DNA of 64,000 nucleotides from a virus. This document shows positions 9,606 to 18,693 of the stretch, in pieces; position 1 is the first letter of the stretch; each line of letters opens with the position of its first letter. Both the position numbers and the translations under genes were made by a program. The stretch lies in IMG/VR virus record IMGVR_UViG_3300045988_123588; one strand, 5' to 3'. The notes below the pieces were generated by a model. That model was not told the origin of the DNA. It made no database searches and saw only the letters and a list, made by a program, of their open reading frames with translations.

Positions 9606-11072
9606 ATGAAACAAAATAGGGTAAAGAAGAGGTTAAACTCCTGTGACAAGTTTACGTTCTCTATTGAGTTTCAATTAGAAGTACTTAGGTTCTTGGTACA
9701 AGGGAAGGAAGCTTTTCTATATGTTCCAAAGATAAAACCTGGGTACTTTACTTTAATTGAACACTCCATAGTAGTAGAGGCCTTGGTAAAATTCGTAAAG
9801 AAATATCAACGAATACCAAGTGAGGTCTTAATGGTTGAGCAGGTTAAAACTTTATTAGAAGGTAAGGATTATGTAGACTTGGTTACTAAGGATGATATCC
9901 CTAATATTCATAGTTTAATATCCGAACTTTATAACAAACCTCTAAAGGATGTGGATATTGTCTTGGAGAACATACATAAGTTTATTGCTTACATTGAATT
10001 GAAAGCTCTGAACGAGGGTATGGACTTCTCTGATTACAATTCCTACGAAACTTATCAAGCTAAACTAACCAAGATTCTACAGAGTTCAAAACCTCAAAAG
10101 AAGGATGAACCTTTACTCATGGTTAGTGGAACTGCAATGCGACAACTTATGAGAAAGGTTGACCCAGATGTAGTTCCTACTCCATTCTGGCAGTTAAATA
10201 GATTGGGTAATGGAGATGGATATCCCAAGAATTCTCTTTTCGTTTTAATTGACCGTCCCAAACGAAGAAAGACTTTTGCACTTATCAATGTTGCTCGGGG
10301 ATATCTTGCTATGAAAAAGAATGTCCTCTACATAGATACTGAAAATGGTAAAAACCAGTTAATGGACCGTATGATTCAGTCCACCCTAAATAAAACTAAG
10401 AGGGAGATGTTAACTGGTGATTATGATAAGATGGAGCAAAGGCACATGCGTAAATATAAACGACTTGGGGTTGAGTTTATTGTGGAGCGTGTACCTGCAA
10501 CCATTGCAGATTGTAACACCATTATGAACTTGGTTAGGAAATTAGAAACCGAGAAAGGTATCAAAGTCCATGTCATAATTATTGACTATGCTGCAAAGTT
10601 GGCTTCTATTGCTCGAGATAGGGATGATGTAGAACGTATCAACAATGTATATATAGATATAGATAATATGGGAGATGAGTTGGGGCTTGATGCTGTATGG
10701 ACTGCCCAGCATGTTACCAGAGAGGGAGCTAAGCATCAAGAAACTCGATATGAGGATAATGATATTGCTTCTGCTATATCTATCATAAGGAATGCAAAAT
10801 GCGTCATGGGATTAAATTCTACTCAAGACGAGGAGGAACATAATATCATGAGAATGGAGGTTGTAGTTCAACGTGATGGAGTTCCAAATGGTCGGGTAAT
10901 GTTTAATATGGACCCCGAAAGACAACGTATGAAAGAGTTCTCAAAAGAAGCCAGAGCTAAGTATGATGAATCAATAGGTAAACAGGTAGATGACTTGCTT
11001 AAGAAAAAGAGGAGAGTAAGTAATCCCAATGCAGACCCCGAAAAGAGGAGTAAGACTTCAGGAGATATATAA
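9606..11072 (+). CDS. DnaB/gp41-like replicative helicase
   Basis: C-terminal RecA-fold pattern LIDRPKRRKTFALINVARGY / NVLYIDTENG / VIIIDYAAKL / WTAQHVTREG parallels DnaB motifs. The Walker A glycine is replaced (RRKT). Confidence 0.7.
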   Translation: MKQNRVKKRLNSCDKFTFSIEFQLEVLRFLVQGKEAFLYVPKIKPGYFTLIEHSIVVEALVKFVKKYQRIPSEVLMVEQVKTLLEGKDYVDLVTKDDIPNIHSLISELYNKPLKDVDIVLENIHKFIAYIELKALNEGMDFSDYNSYETYQAKLTKILQSSKPQKKDEPLLMVSGTAMRQLMRKVDPDVVPTPFWQLNRLGNGDGYPKNSLFVLIDRPKRRKTFALINVARGYLAMKKNVLYIDTENGKNQLMDRMIQSTLNKTKREMLTGDYDKMEQRHMRKYKRLGVEFIVERVPATIADCNTIMNLVRKLETEKGIKVHVIIIDYAAKLASIARDRDDVERINNVYIDIDNMGDELGLDAVWTAQHVTREGAKHQETRYEDNDIASAISIIRNAKCVMGLNSTQDEEEHNIMRMEVVVQRDGVPNGRVMFNMDPERQRMKEFSKEARAKYDESIGKQVDDLLKKKRRVSNPNADPEKRSKTSGDI

Positions 11073-11101
11073 AAAGTTAAACCTTAAATAATTAAAATTG
11101 T

Positions 11102-11314
11102 ATGGCACGAATTATCGATTCTATGGAATTAGCTAAGTTTGGAGAAGGTGTTACATCTTGTAACAAGTGTAAAAAGGTAATAGCCTTCAATAAGAAAGAA
11201 ATATTCTTAGACTTAAGCTATGGTCCAGGACATGATGGGGAAGAAAGCGTTAGATGTCCTAAATGCAATTCAGTATTACATATAGGAGAGTTTCACGCCA
11301 CTGAACACATGTAA
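11102..11314 (+). CDS. zinc-ribbon protein
   Basis: 70 aa with CNKC ... CPKC pairs. Confidence 0.5.
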   Translation: MARIIDSMELAKFGEGVTSCNKCKKVIAFNKKEIFLDLSYGPGHDGEESVRCPKCNSVLHIGEFHATEHM

Positions 11315-11316
11315 TC

Positions 11317-11685
11317 ATGAACATTAGATTGCTAAAAATGTTTCGGAGGAGAGCTTCCAAAGAAATATGTTTAAGAAGACAAGCTGGTAACCGATACGAG
11401 ATAGTATGCCCAATAGATGAAACCCATACTCTCGGGTATTTCACTAGACCTTGGGTACATATAAATGAACCCAGAGCTTCTGTAACTTTTAATATGTGTG
11501 TTCCAAATGGTAGCACACTTGTAAGGAAAGTAGGCTATAATCAAATGTACGATGAATGCTGCATTCCATTCCCCAGTAATCTACTCAAATTAGAGGAAGC
11601 TCAAAAAGAGTTAGTAAAGATTCGGAGGGGTTACATAATGTATCACTTAATACCAGAATTCTGTAAGAAGTTGCCTATTAAGTAA
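11317..11685 (+). CDS. hypothetical protein
   Basis: 122-aa ORF, 2 nt after the previous stop. Confidence 0.5.
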   Translation: MNIRLLKMFRRRASKEICLRRQAGNRYEIVCPIDETHTLGYFTRPWVHINEPRASVTFNMCVPNGSTLVRKVGYNQMYDECCIPFPSNLLKLEEAQKELVKIRRGYIMYHLIPEFCKKLPIK

Positions 11686-11689
11686 TAAC

Positions 11690-11727
11690 TACCCGGCTAT
11701 GTTATTCATGGTCGGGTATTTTCGTTT
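11690..11727 (+). terminator. short hairpin plus T-run
   Basis: TACCCG...CGGGTA followed by TTTTCGTTT. Confidence 0.4.
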
Positions 11728-11732
11728 AAGAT

Positions 11733-12686
11733 ATGAGACTTAACAGCAATATAAAAGGTAAGATGCACCAATATTTTATCAGAAAGATAGGGGCATTTGA
11801 TTACCGTAAGGGGTGGATGAAATCAGACTGTCCATACTGTGGGGGAGAGAAGAAGTTTGGTATCAACCTTTCAAATAATAGGTGCAATTGTTTTAAGTGT
11901 GGTGAGCATCCTTCTCCCCTAAGTCTGATAATGTATCTGGAGAGCACAGATAGTTTTCAGGAGGTATTATCTATACTCGAATCTGATGATTATACTGGAT
12001 ATGTATTCAAAGAGGAGAAGGTTGAGTTAAAAGGTAAGAAGGAGTTCTTCCTTCCCGAGGGATTTAAGAACATATCCATGGGTACTTCTCTGTTGGCAAG
12101 GTCTGCCAGGAATTATCTTAAGAAACGAGGATTTAAGATAGAGGAGTTAGCTCGTAAAGGATGGGGATATTGTAACACAGGTAAGTATCTTGGATATATC
12201 ATTATTCCATTTACAGAGCATGGGCAATTAACTTATTTCAATGCTCGATTATATATGGGCGCTGGTCCCAAATATAACAACCCAGAAGTAGATATAACAG
12301 GTTTGGGAAAGAGTTTTATTATATATAATGCAGATGCTCTAGAAATATATCGAACCGTTTATATTTGTGAGGGTGCAATCAACGCTGAAACCTTGGGAGA
12401 GAATGGGATTGCAACCGGAGGTAAGTCAGTCAGTAGATATCAGGTAAACAAGTTCATCAAAAGTCCAGTAGAGAAGTTCATTATACTGATTGACCCTGAT
12501 GCTAAAGATAAGGCATTAGACCTGGCATTTAAGTTAGTACCTTTCAAAAAGGTAAAGGTAGTATTCTTACCAGATAATGAGGATGTCAATTCATTAGGTA
12601 AGCGAAGGACTTTAGAATATGTACGAAAGACGACATATCAGACTTATCAAGAACTTTTATCTATAAAATCACAATTGAAATTATAA
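11733..12686 (+). CDS. DNA primase (zinc finger plus Toprim)
   Basis: CPYCGGEKKF...CFKCGEH zinc finger; Toprim ICEGAINAETL and ILIDPDAKDKA. Confidence 0.8.
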   Translation: MRLNSNIKGKMHQYFIRKIGAFDYRKGWMKSDCPYCGGEKKFGINLSNNRCNCFKCGEHPSPLSLIMYLESTDSFQEVLSILESDDYTGYVFKEEKVELKGKKEFFLPEGFKNISMGTSLLARSARNYLKKRGFKIEELARKGWGYCNTGKYLGYIIIPFTEHGQLTYFNARLYMGAGPKYNNPEVDITGLGKSFIIYNADALEIYRTVYICEGAINAETLGENGIATGGKSVSRYQVNKFIKSPVEKFIILIDPDAKDKALDLAFKLVPFKKVKVVFLPDNEDVNSLGKRRTLEYVRKTTYQTYQELLSIKSQLKL

Positions 12687-13525
12687 TGGCAAAACGAGAA
12701 CCTTCCATACATATCTCCAAAACCTTATTCTATAAACTCTGGAATGAGATGGGAGGTATGATATCAGAAGAATTTGTTGATAAGTTTTTCACTAAAGCCA
12801 GACAATATTCTTTAGACCACCGTTCAGTGGTTGGAGAAAATAAAAAGGTACAAACTCAGGCTATTCGTAGAGCTTCTGGAAGTATAGGGGATGCAAACTT
12901 ATTAGCAGATATCATCTATTCCACTAGAGTTAAGCTCAAACATATAGGAGTAACCAAAATAAAACAAACTGATTTACAATGGGCTTCAGTAAAAGAATTA
13001 GTACCCGTTGTAAATGAATTTTGTCAAAAGTTTGGGTTCGAACCTCGTCAGGGATATATTGAGTTTGTAACTACAGGTATAAAACTAATGTCTCAGGCAA
13101 AGAGAGTAAACTATAACTTCTGTGCTAATTGGTTACATCAGAGGGTGAATTGGATTATGGATGTATATGAGGCTGAGAAAGAAGTCAAGGAGGATGAATA
13201 TCCCAAGTTCACTCGAGAAGTATATGAACATTATACCAAAGAGATTCTTGATAGAATAGGTATCAATAATACTTATGACAAGAATCCTCAGGAGTATGTA
13301 TGGTTTGTAAGGGCAAGAAAATTAGCCGATGAAATTGGCGTTGATTATGAGACTTTTGTACTTGGTCAGTTTTATGCACTTGAATTTTGTAACGGTATAC
13401 CCAAGATAGAAGACTTATCCAACGATAAAGCTCGCCAAAGAGTTATCAATTACATGGCAAAGTTTAATATAGTGTCCCGACCTAGAACAGAACAGGTGGA
13501 TTGGGACGCCTTCAAAAATCGATAA
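12686..13525 (+). CDS. hypothetical protein (replication module)
   Basis: 279-aa ORF; TAATG start/stop overlap with primase. Confidence 0.55.
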   Translation: MAKREPSIHISKTLFYKLWNEMGGMISEEFVDKFFTKARQYSLDHRSVVGENKKVQTQAIRRASGSIGDANLLADIIYSTRVKLKHIGVTKIKQTDLQWASVKELVPVVNEFCQKFGFEPRQGYIEFVTTGIKLMSQAKRVNYNFCANWLHQRVNWIMDVYEAEKEVKEDEYPKFTREVYEHYTKEILDRIGINNTYDKNPQEYVWFVRARKLADEIGVDYETFVLGQFYALEFCNGIPKIEDLSNDKARQRVINYMAKFNIVSRPRTEQVDWDAFKNR

Positions 13526-13529
13526 TTAT

Positions 13530-13655
13530 ATGAAAAGGGATTGGGAAGACTTTTGGGGCATTGTATTGCAGGTATACTTGGGAATATGTATACTTGGATG
13601 GGTATCGGTAATTATCCTGAACATAATAGAAATGCTTAATAAACAAGGAATATGA
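13530..13655 (+). CDS. possible 41-aa membrane peptide
   Basis: Hand-translated MKRDWEDFWGIVLQVYLGICILGWVSVIILNIIEMLNKQGI; below the ORF-track cutoff. Confidence 0.25.
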   Translation: MKRDWEDFWGIVLQVYLGICILGWVSVIILNIIEMLNKQGI

Positions 13656-13734
13656 GAATAGACTAGGATGATATTATAGCAACTTCTATTCAGATAGTGT
13701 GTATAATAATACTATTCAGGTTTTTCATGTGTGG

Positions 13735-13742
13735 TATTTTTG
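13735..13742 (+). promoter_or_regulatory. -7 box TATTTTTG
   Basis: TAnnTTTG match 26 nt upstream of the ATG at 13768. Confidence 0.35.
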
Positions 13743-13767
13743 GTATAATAGATATGGCAACAAGATT

Positions 13768-15195
13768 ATGATAACTATAACCATAAAGAATTGCAATGTT
13801 TGTGAATTGTCTGGCCCTGCTAAGTTCACAAACAAGTTATATGAAATGTTCCGGATTAAGCATCCGGACGCTTGGCATATAATGATGTATAGTAGGGCAA
13901 AGAACTGGGATGGTTATGTGAAATATATTTCTGATTATGGTCAATTCAAAATAGGCCTTTTGAATAAGGTTTATAATGAATGCCGTAAAATGGGACAGAA
14001 AGTTAAAATTATAGATAATAGACCCTCATTAGGAGTTAAACCAGTAATTCCAACAGTAATGGGGGATAAAGAATTACGGGAAGTACAGAAAGAAGCTCTA
14101 GAAAAGATACTGTATAATAAGGTTGGAGACACTCCTTTCCTTATTTGTGCATCTGATTTGGCAGTTAACTTTGGAAAGACATTGGTGTTCTGTGGATTGC
14201 ATCAAGCATTCAAAAGAAAATTGAAGACTGTCTTGTTGTTGAACAGTGCAGACCTATTCAAGCAGTTCAAGAAAGAGATTCCAGAACTATTACCCGGTGA
14301 GAAAGTTGCATTTATACAAGGAAGTAAATGTAGTGAGTGGGGTAACTTTAATGTGTGTATGGTTCAATCTCTAGCAGGCAACATAAATAAGTATCAGAAG
14401 TTCCTTTCGGAAATAGATATGGTACTTATAGATGAAGCTGATGTGATTGATAATAAGACCTATAAGACGGTAATACAACACCTATATAATTCAAGAGTAC
14501 GAGTAGGATTAAGTGGTACTCTTTACATGAGTGAACTCAAGAAAAAGTTGGTTCACAACATGAATATTATGTCATTTATTGGTGATAGAGTAAACCAGGT
14601 AAAACTGGCCGAGATGATTGATAAGGGGTACTCTACTCCCATTATCTGTAAGTTGGTATATGCTCATTACAAGTATACCAAAGATGAGGATTACCCTACA
14701 GAATATCAAGAAGTAATATCTAACAATGTCAAAGCATGGAGACTCTCTTTGTCTCGAACTAAGTATAACATTCGACGCAAAAGATTGCCGGCACTCATTG
14801 TATGTAAGTTCATAGGACACTGTGAAAACCTTTATCGGTACTACGTTAAACATCTTGGGAATCAATACAACATACAATATGTCCATCACAAGACAAAAGG
14901 GCGAGATGAAATTCTACAAGCTTTCAGAGAGGGGAAAATAGATATACTAATCGCTACCACGATTATTTCTAGAGGTCAAAACTTCCCTGAATTAAAGTAT
15001 CTGCAGAATACTGCATCAATGGATTCTAATGAGAAGTCTTTGCAAATCTTGGGACGTCTTGCAAGAACTCACATGAATAAAAAGAAAGCCTATCTGGACG
15101 ATCTTCAATTCCCGGGTAATTATCTAAAGAGACATGGGAACCATCGTAAGAACTACTACATGAAGGAGAAGTTGAAGGTGATTAAGATAGAATGA
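13768..15195 (+). CDS. SF2 DEAD/DEAH-box helicase, UvsW-like
   Basis: NFGKT (I), LIDEAD (II), SGT (III), TTIISRGQNFPE (VI). Start set to the first ATG (MITITIKN) instead of the upstream GTG. Confidence 0.75.
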   Translation: MITITIKNCNVCELSGPAKFTNKLYEMFRIKHPDAWHIMMYSRAKNWDGYVKYISDYGQFKIGLLNKVYNECRKMGQKVKIIDNRPSLGVKPVIPTVMGDKELREVQKEALEKILYNKVGDTPFLICASDLAVNFGKTLVFCGLHQAFKRKLKTVLLLNSADLFKQFKKEIPELLPGEKVAFIQGSKCSEWGNFNVCMVQSLAGNINKYQKFLSEIDMVLIDEADVIDNKTYKTVIQHLYNSRVRVGLSGTLYMSELKKKLVHNMNIMSFIGDRVNQVKLAEMIDKGYSTPIICKLVYAHYKYTKDEDYPTEYQEVISNNVKAWRLSLSRTKYNIRRKRLPALIVCKFIGHCENLYRYYVKHLGNQYNIQYVHHKTKGRDEILQAFREGKIDILIATTIISRGQNFPELKYLQNTASMDSNEKSLQILGRLARTHMNKKKAYLDDLQFPGNYLKRHGNHRKNYYMKEKLKVIKIE

Positions 15196-15203
15196 ACCTT
15201 AAT

Positions 15204-15270
15204 TACCCGTGTATACATATATACCCGTATACAAGCACATAGGGATAATATCCCCGATACACGGGTATAC
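15204..15270. repeat. cluster of TACCCGTGTATAC-type sites around a GGGATAaTATCCC palindrome
   Basis: TACCCGTGTATAC 15204-15216; ATACCCGTATAC 15221-15232; palindrome 15242-15254; inverted GATACACGGGTATAC 15256-15270, overlapping GTATACGGTATAT. Confidence 0.7.
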
Positions 15271-15282
15271 GGTATATAGTTA

Positions 15283-15344
15283 CCTCTAAAATCGGTAACA
15301 TATATACTTACGGAAATTTTAGAGGAGGTATGAAAATAAAATGA
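15283..15344 (+). promoter_or_regulatory. hairpin sequestering an AGGAGG-ATG mini-ORF (MKIK) upstream of the 15357 gene
   Basis: CCTCTAAAAT 15283-15292 pairs with ATTTTAGAGG 15316-15325; AGGAGG 15323-15328; ATG AAA ATA AAA TGA 15330-15344. Confidence 0.4.
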
Positions 15345-15356
15345 CACTATTTTGAA

Positions 15357-15788
15357 ATGAAAAAGATAAATCACATAAAGGTATTAGATGAGTTATTAAA
15401 CGGATTTGAATTCAAATATGGTAGTAGGGTTCAAAATAAAATGTTTGTGAACCAGTTATTCAGACATCTGGTTAATCAAGGGGTAGATGTTGATAAGTAC
15501 ATAGGGTTTGGTAAAGGTGCAAAAAGAGATTCTCAAAAGATACACTTAGTGTTTGAGTATGAAGGTTTTACTTATGCCGTAGACCTTAGCCGAAAATACC
15601 CAAGAAGGTATTCTTTAGAAAAACTATCAGGAGTTCCAGATTCGTTTGTAAAGGTTCTCTTCATAATCGATGGGGAATACAGATGGAGAGTAAAGTCAGA
15701 AGATAACTCAGTAAATCTTGTATACTCTTCCAAATTAACTAAAGAAAATACCAGCCGTAAGCCAAGTAGAAAGTCTATTAGATACTAA
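15357..15788 (+). CDS. hypothetical protein
   Basis: 143-aa ORF. Confidence 0.55.
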   Translation: MKKINHIKVLDELLNGFEFKYGSRVQNKMFVNQLFRHLVNQGVDVDKYIGFGKGAKRDSQKIHLVFEYEGFTYAVDLSRKYPRRYSLEKLSGVPDSFVKVLFIIDGEYRWRVKSEDNSVNLVYSSKLTKENTSRKPSRKSIRY

Positions 15789-15810
15789 CGATAATCAAAC
15801 TCTCAAATAT

Positions 15811-16212
15811 ATGGCAAAGAAAAAGAAAGACAAGTTAAAAGAAGTAAGGAAGGAGTTAGAGACTGGAGATATTTTTGAGCCCATGGATATCACCAAACTT
15901 GGTTCAGGTAACGACCCTTGTTTCGGTAAGAATTACGACTTATCGACCAAGGAATGTAAGATGTGCGGGGATTCTGAACTCTGTTGCATTAAGTTCACAG
16001 CTCTCATGGGTAAGACTCGTAAAGAGTTAGAAGCAGAAACTAAATTCAAGGATTTGGAACCTTTGGTAGATATAGAGGGTTGTAAAAAGTACTACCGCAA
16101 ACTGGTAAGGGAGAAACTCGGTAAGAAGGAAATACTCGATAAGCTTCAGAGTAAGTTCGAGTTATCAAGAAAGGAAGCAAGAGACATTTATCGTAAATTC
16201 AACAGTAAATAA
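15811..16212 (+). CDS. hypothetical Lys-rich protein with a CxxC-containing Cys cluster
   Basis: 133 aa; CKMCGDSELCC. Confidence 0.5.
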   Translation: MAKKKKDKLKEVRKELETGDIFEPMDITKLGSGNDPCFGKNYDLSTKECKMCGDSELCCIKFTALMGKTRKELEAETKFKDLEPLVDIEGCKKYYRKLVREKLGKKEILDKLQSKFELSRKEARDIYRKFNSK

Positions 16213-16213
16213 C

Positions 16214-16789
16214 ATGGTACAATTAGAGTTCACAAAGATTAGAGATGTTAAATCTCCAAACCGAGCTAATGAGGGAGATGCAGGTTTGGATTTTTACATA
16301 CCTAAATTAACTATTGATGACATCTTAAAGGTAGGTGAGAAACATGAGAAAGATTTCACCGGTATCAATAGAAAGATGTTTGGTTGTGGTAACATAAAAT
16401 TCAAAGGCATAGATACTAATGGGTTATGTATAGCCCTTAATCCAGGAGGACGAATACTTATACCCTCTGGAATAAAGGTTCTTATCAATCCCAGGGAATC
16501 CATGCTCATGGCAGCAAACAAATCGGGAGTTGCTACTAAAGATGGATTAACATTTACAGCCGAGATAGTTGACAGTCCGTACACGGGAGAGATGCACATC
16601 GGGATTCAAAACGCTTCTACTGAACCAGTATATATACCCCTCAGAGAAGATAAGAAGATAATGCAATTCATACATGTTCCTATCATACTCTCAACACCGG
16701 TAGAGATTACCAACGAGGAGTATGAAGAGAAAGCAAAAAACTGGGGAACAAGAGGAGATAAGGGATTTGGTGCACACGATAATAAGTAA
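16214..16789 (+). CDS. dut: trimeric dUTPase
   Basis: GDAGLDFY, GGRILIPSGIKV, SGVATKDGL, IVDSPYTGEMHIGIQN and RGDKGFG correspond to dUTPase motifs 1-5. Confidence 0.85.
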   Translation: MVQLEFTKIRDVKSPNRANEGDAGLDFYIPKLTIDDILKVGEKHEKDFTGINRKMFGCGNIKFKGIDTNGLCIALNPGGRILIPSGIKVLINPRESMLMAANKSGVATKDGLTFTAEIVDSPYTGEMHIGIQNASTEPVYIPLREDKKIMQFIHVPIILSTPVEITNEEYEEKAKNWGTRGDKGFGAHDNK

Positions 16790-16793
16790 GACA

Positions 16794-17699
16794 ATGGATA
16801 GTCGCGATATAAAGGAAGAACCGAAAAATATAGAGGGTAATAGATATCTTGAGGAGATATACTTTATGCAAAAGAACCTCCTATCTGGTTATATCGGTAT
16901 AGAGGGGCTCCCACAGTATCCTATAGATATCAATACAAAAGCTTCTCAAACTTTACTCAAGGACTTCACTGCACGTGTAATAGAGGAGTTATCTGAGGGG
17001 TACGAATCTTTTCAGGCAGTGGATAGTATCATGCAGAACAGTCACTACAAGATTATATCTGGTGATGACCTGATATACATTGAACTACTTAATAACCTTC
17101 AAAATGCCAATGAGGAAAATGCAGATGCAGTACACTTCTTTGTTGAGTTGCTGATATATGCTAACATTCAGCCTGATGATATCATGGCATACATGGAGAA
17201 GTGGGTAAAGGATAACAAATGCGAACAGAGTACAGTAGATTACTTTAACTCTATACGTAATGATATCCTGTATACTGCTCAATCTATGGGAGTGAAGTGG
17301 TTGATGGATGAGAGAGATATAGAAGTAATCTTTGATAGTAACTCAACAAACCTGTTGAAGTGGTACGAAGAGAAAGACTCCGAAACTTTCCCTGAGTACA
17401 ATGAGAAACTGTTGAAAGGCGGTTATAAGTATAATCACGAAAACTATGCTCTTCAATATCCGTATATACTATGGAAGATAACTCACCATTTGAACATAGC
17501 TCGTAATTTCCTGAAGAATAAACCATGGAAGCAATCTCAGGTGATGACTCAGGAGTTAAAGTATCAGGCTGAGTTGGTGAAAGCTTTCATATACTTCTGT
17601 GGTTACCTCGGATGGATAGGTATGGATTCTAAGGAAGTGTTCTATATATACTTCAAAAAGAACCATATCAATATGTTCCGTCAAAAATCTAAGTATTAG
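16794..17699 (+). CDS. all-alpha (dimeric dUTPase/dCTPase, MazG-like) NTP pyrophosphatase
   Basis: ARVIEELSEGYE, EENADAVHFFVELLIY, KNKPWKQ and C-terminal YFKKNHINMFRQKSKY resemble the dUTPase_2 family. Start moved to MDSRD after the dut stop. Confidence 0.55.
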   Translation: MDSRDIKEEPKNIEGNRYLEEIYFMQKNLLSGYIGIEGLPQYPIDINTKASQTLLKDFTARVIEELSEGYESFQAVDSIMQNSHYKIISGDDLIYIELLNNLQNANEENADAVHFFVELLIYANIQPDDIMAYMEKWVKDNKCEQSTVDYFNSIRNDILYTAQSMGVKWLMDERDIEVIFDSNSTNLLKWYEEKDSETFPEYNEKLLKGGYKYNHENYALQYPYILWKITHHLNIARNFLKNKPWKQSQVMTQELKYQAELVKAFIYFCGYLGWIGMDSKEVFYIYFKKNHINMFRQKSKY

Positions 17700-17700
17700 T

Positions 17701-18693
17701 ATGAACATAGTTAGGGCAAAGAATCCTATTAAGGCCTGGGAATATTTAGTAGAGGGATTCCTACTGAAAAAACCCGAATGGTTTGGAGAAGGAGTTGGTT
17801 ACAATATAACCAACTCTCTTTTCACGTACGATATGTGCATAGAGATAGAAGAAGCCAAGTTTAATCCCAAGTTTGACTTTGGTAAGTTGTTCTGTTATAC
17901 CATGACTAAGTGGACTGGTTTAATAACCAACTACTTCGATTTAGATGTGCTTGATGAAGCTAAGATTATGATAAGAAAGTTGGAAGAAAATAAGGTAGTG
18001 AATAGAAACTACCATATAGGCTTTCACTTTGCAGACAATCATAATAGTGGAAAGGGATGTCTGGTGGGTGGAATATTCTCTCGTAAAATAGGTGTAGAAA
18101 AACCAGAGATAACTATCATTCTACGTTCATCAGATGTAGTAACCAGATTGCCTATGGATATGCTGTTATTCTGTAGACTCGGTGAATATGTATACGGACA
18201 TACTGATTTCAAACTGGTACTGATTCTGAAAGCAGCTTTTGCAGATGATACAGCTATACTTATGTACAACAATCATAAGGAAATAAAGAAGGTAATGAAA
18301 GGCTGTGAAGATGTAGAACGTAAGAGAAAGATACGCAAATCATTCAAGAGGTTGATGACCAGTGATGAGAAGGTATATAAGACTTATGGTCACAGTTTCA
18401 GAGCTTTCAAAGCTTTGAGGAAAGATCTCTCTTATAAACGTAAGTCAATGACTGCAGGTGAATTAGAGATTGGTAACTGGGATGGTATTCCTCTTCCATA
18501 TCCATGTTCTTCAATACTCAAACGAAATGAGATAAAGAAGACCTACTTAAAGTTCACTAGTAAGTATGGGCTTAAATTAAAGCTGGAAAGTGAAGGTAAT
18601 GAAGGCAAAAGAAAGAAGCTACTATCATTCGGAGCATCAGAAGGAGAGCCAGAAGAAGTTGGATATCAAATACCAGGACAAGAAGATGAGTAA
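17701..18693 (+). CDS. thymidylate-synthase-fold (ThyA-like) protein, paralogue A
   Basis: SGKGCLVGGIF (compare PCHxxFQF) and ILRSSDVVTRLPMDMLLFCRL (compare [21 protein letters not shown]). Asp at the Asn177-equivalent position. Confidence 0.5.
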   Translation: MNIVRAKNPIKAWEYLVEGFLLKKPEWFGEGVGYNITNSLFTYDMCIEIEEAKFNPKFDFGKLFCYTMTKWTGLITNYFDLDVLDEAKIMIRKLEENKVVNRNYHIGFHFADNHNSGKGCLVGGIFSRKIGVEKPEITIILRSSDVVTRLPMDMLLFCRLGEYVYGHTDFKLVLILKAAFADDTAILMYNNHKEIKKVMKGCEDVERKRKIRKSFKRLMTSDEKVYKTYGHSFRAFKALRKDLSYKRKSMTAGELEIGNWDGIPLPYPCSSILKRNEIKKTYLKFTSKYGLKLKLESEGNEGKRKKLLSFGASEGEPEEVGYQIPGQEDE

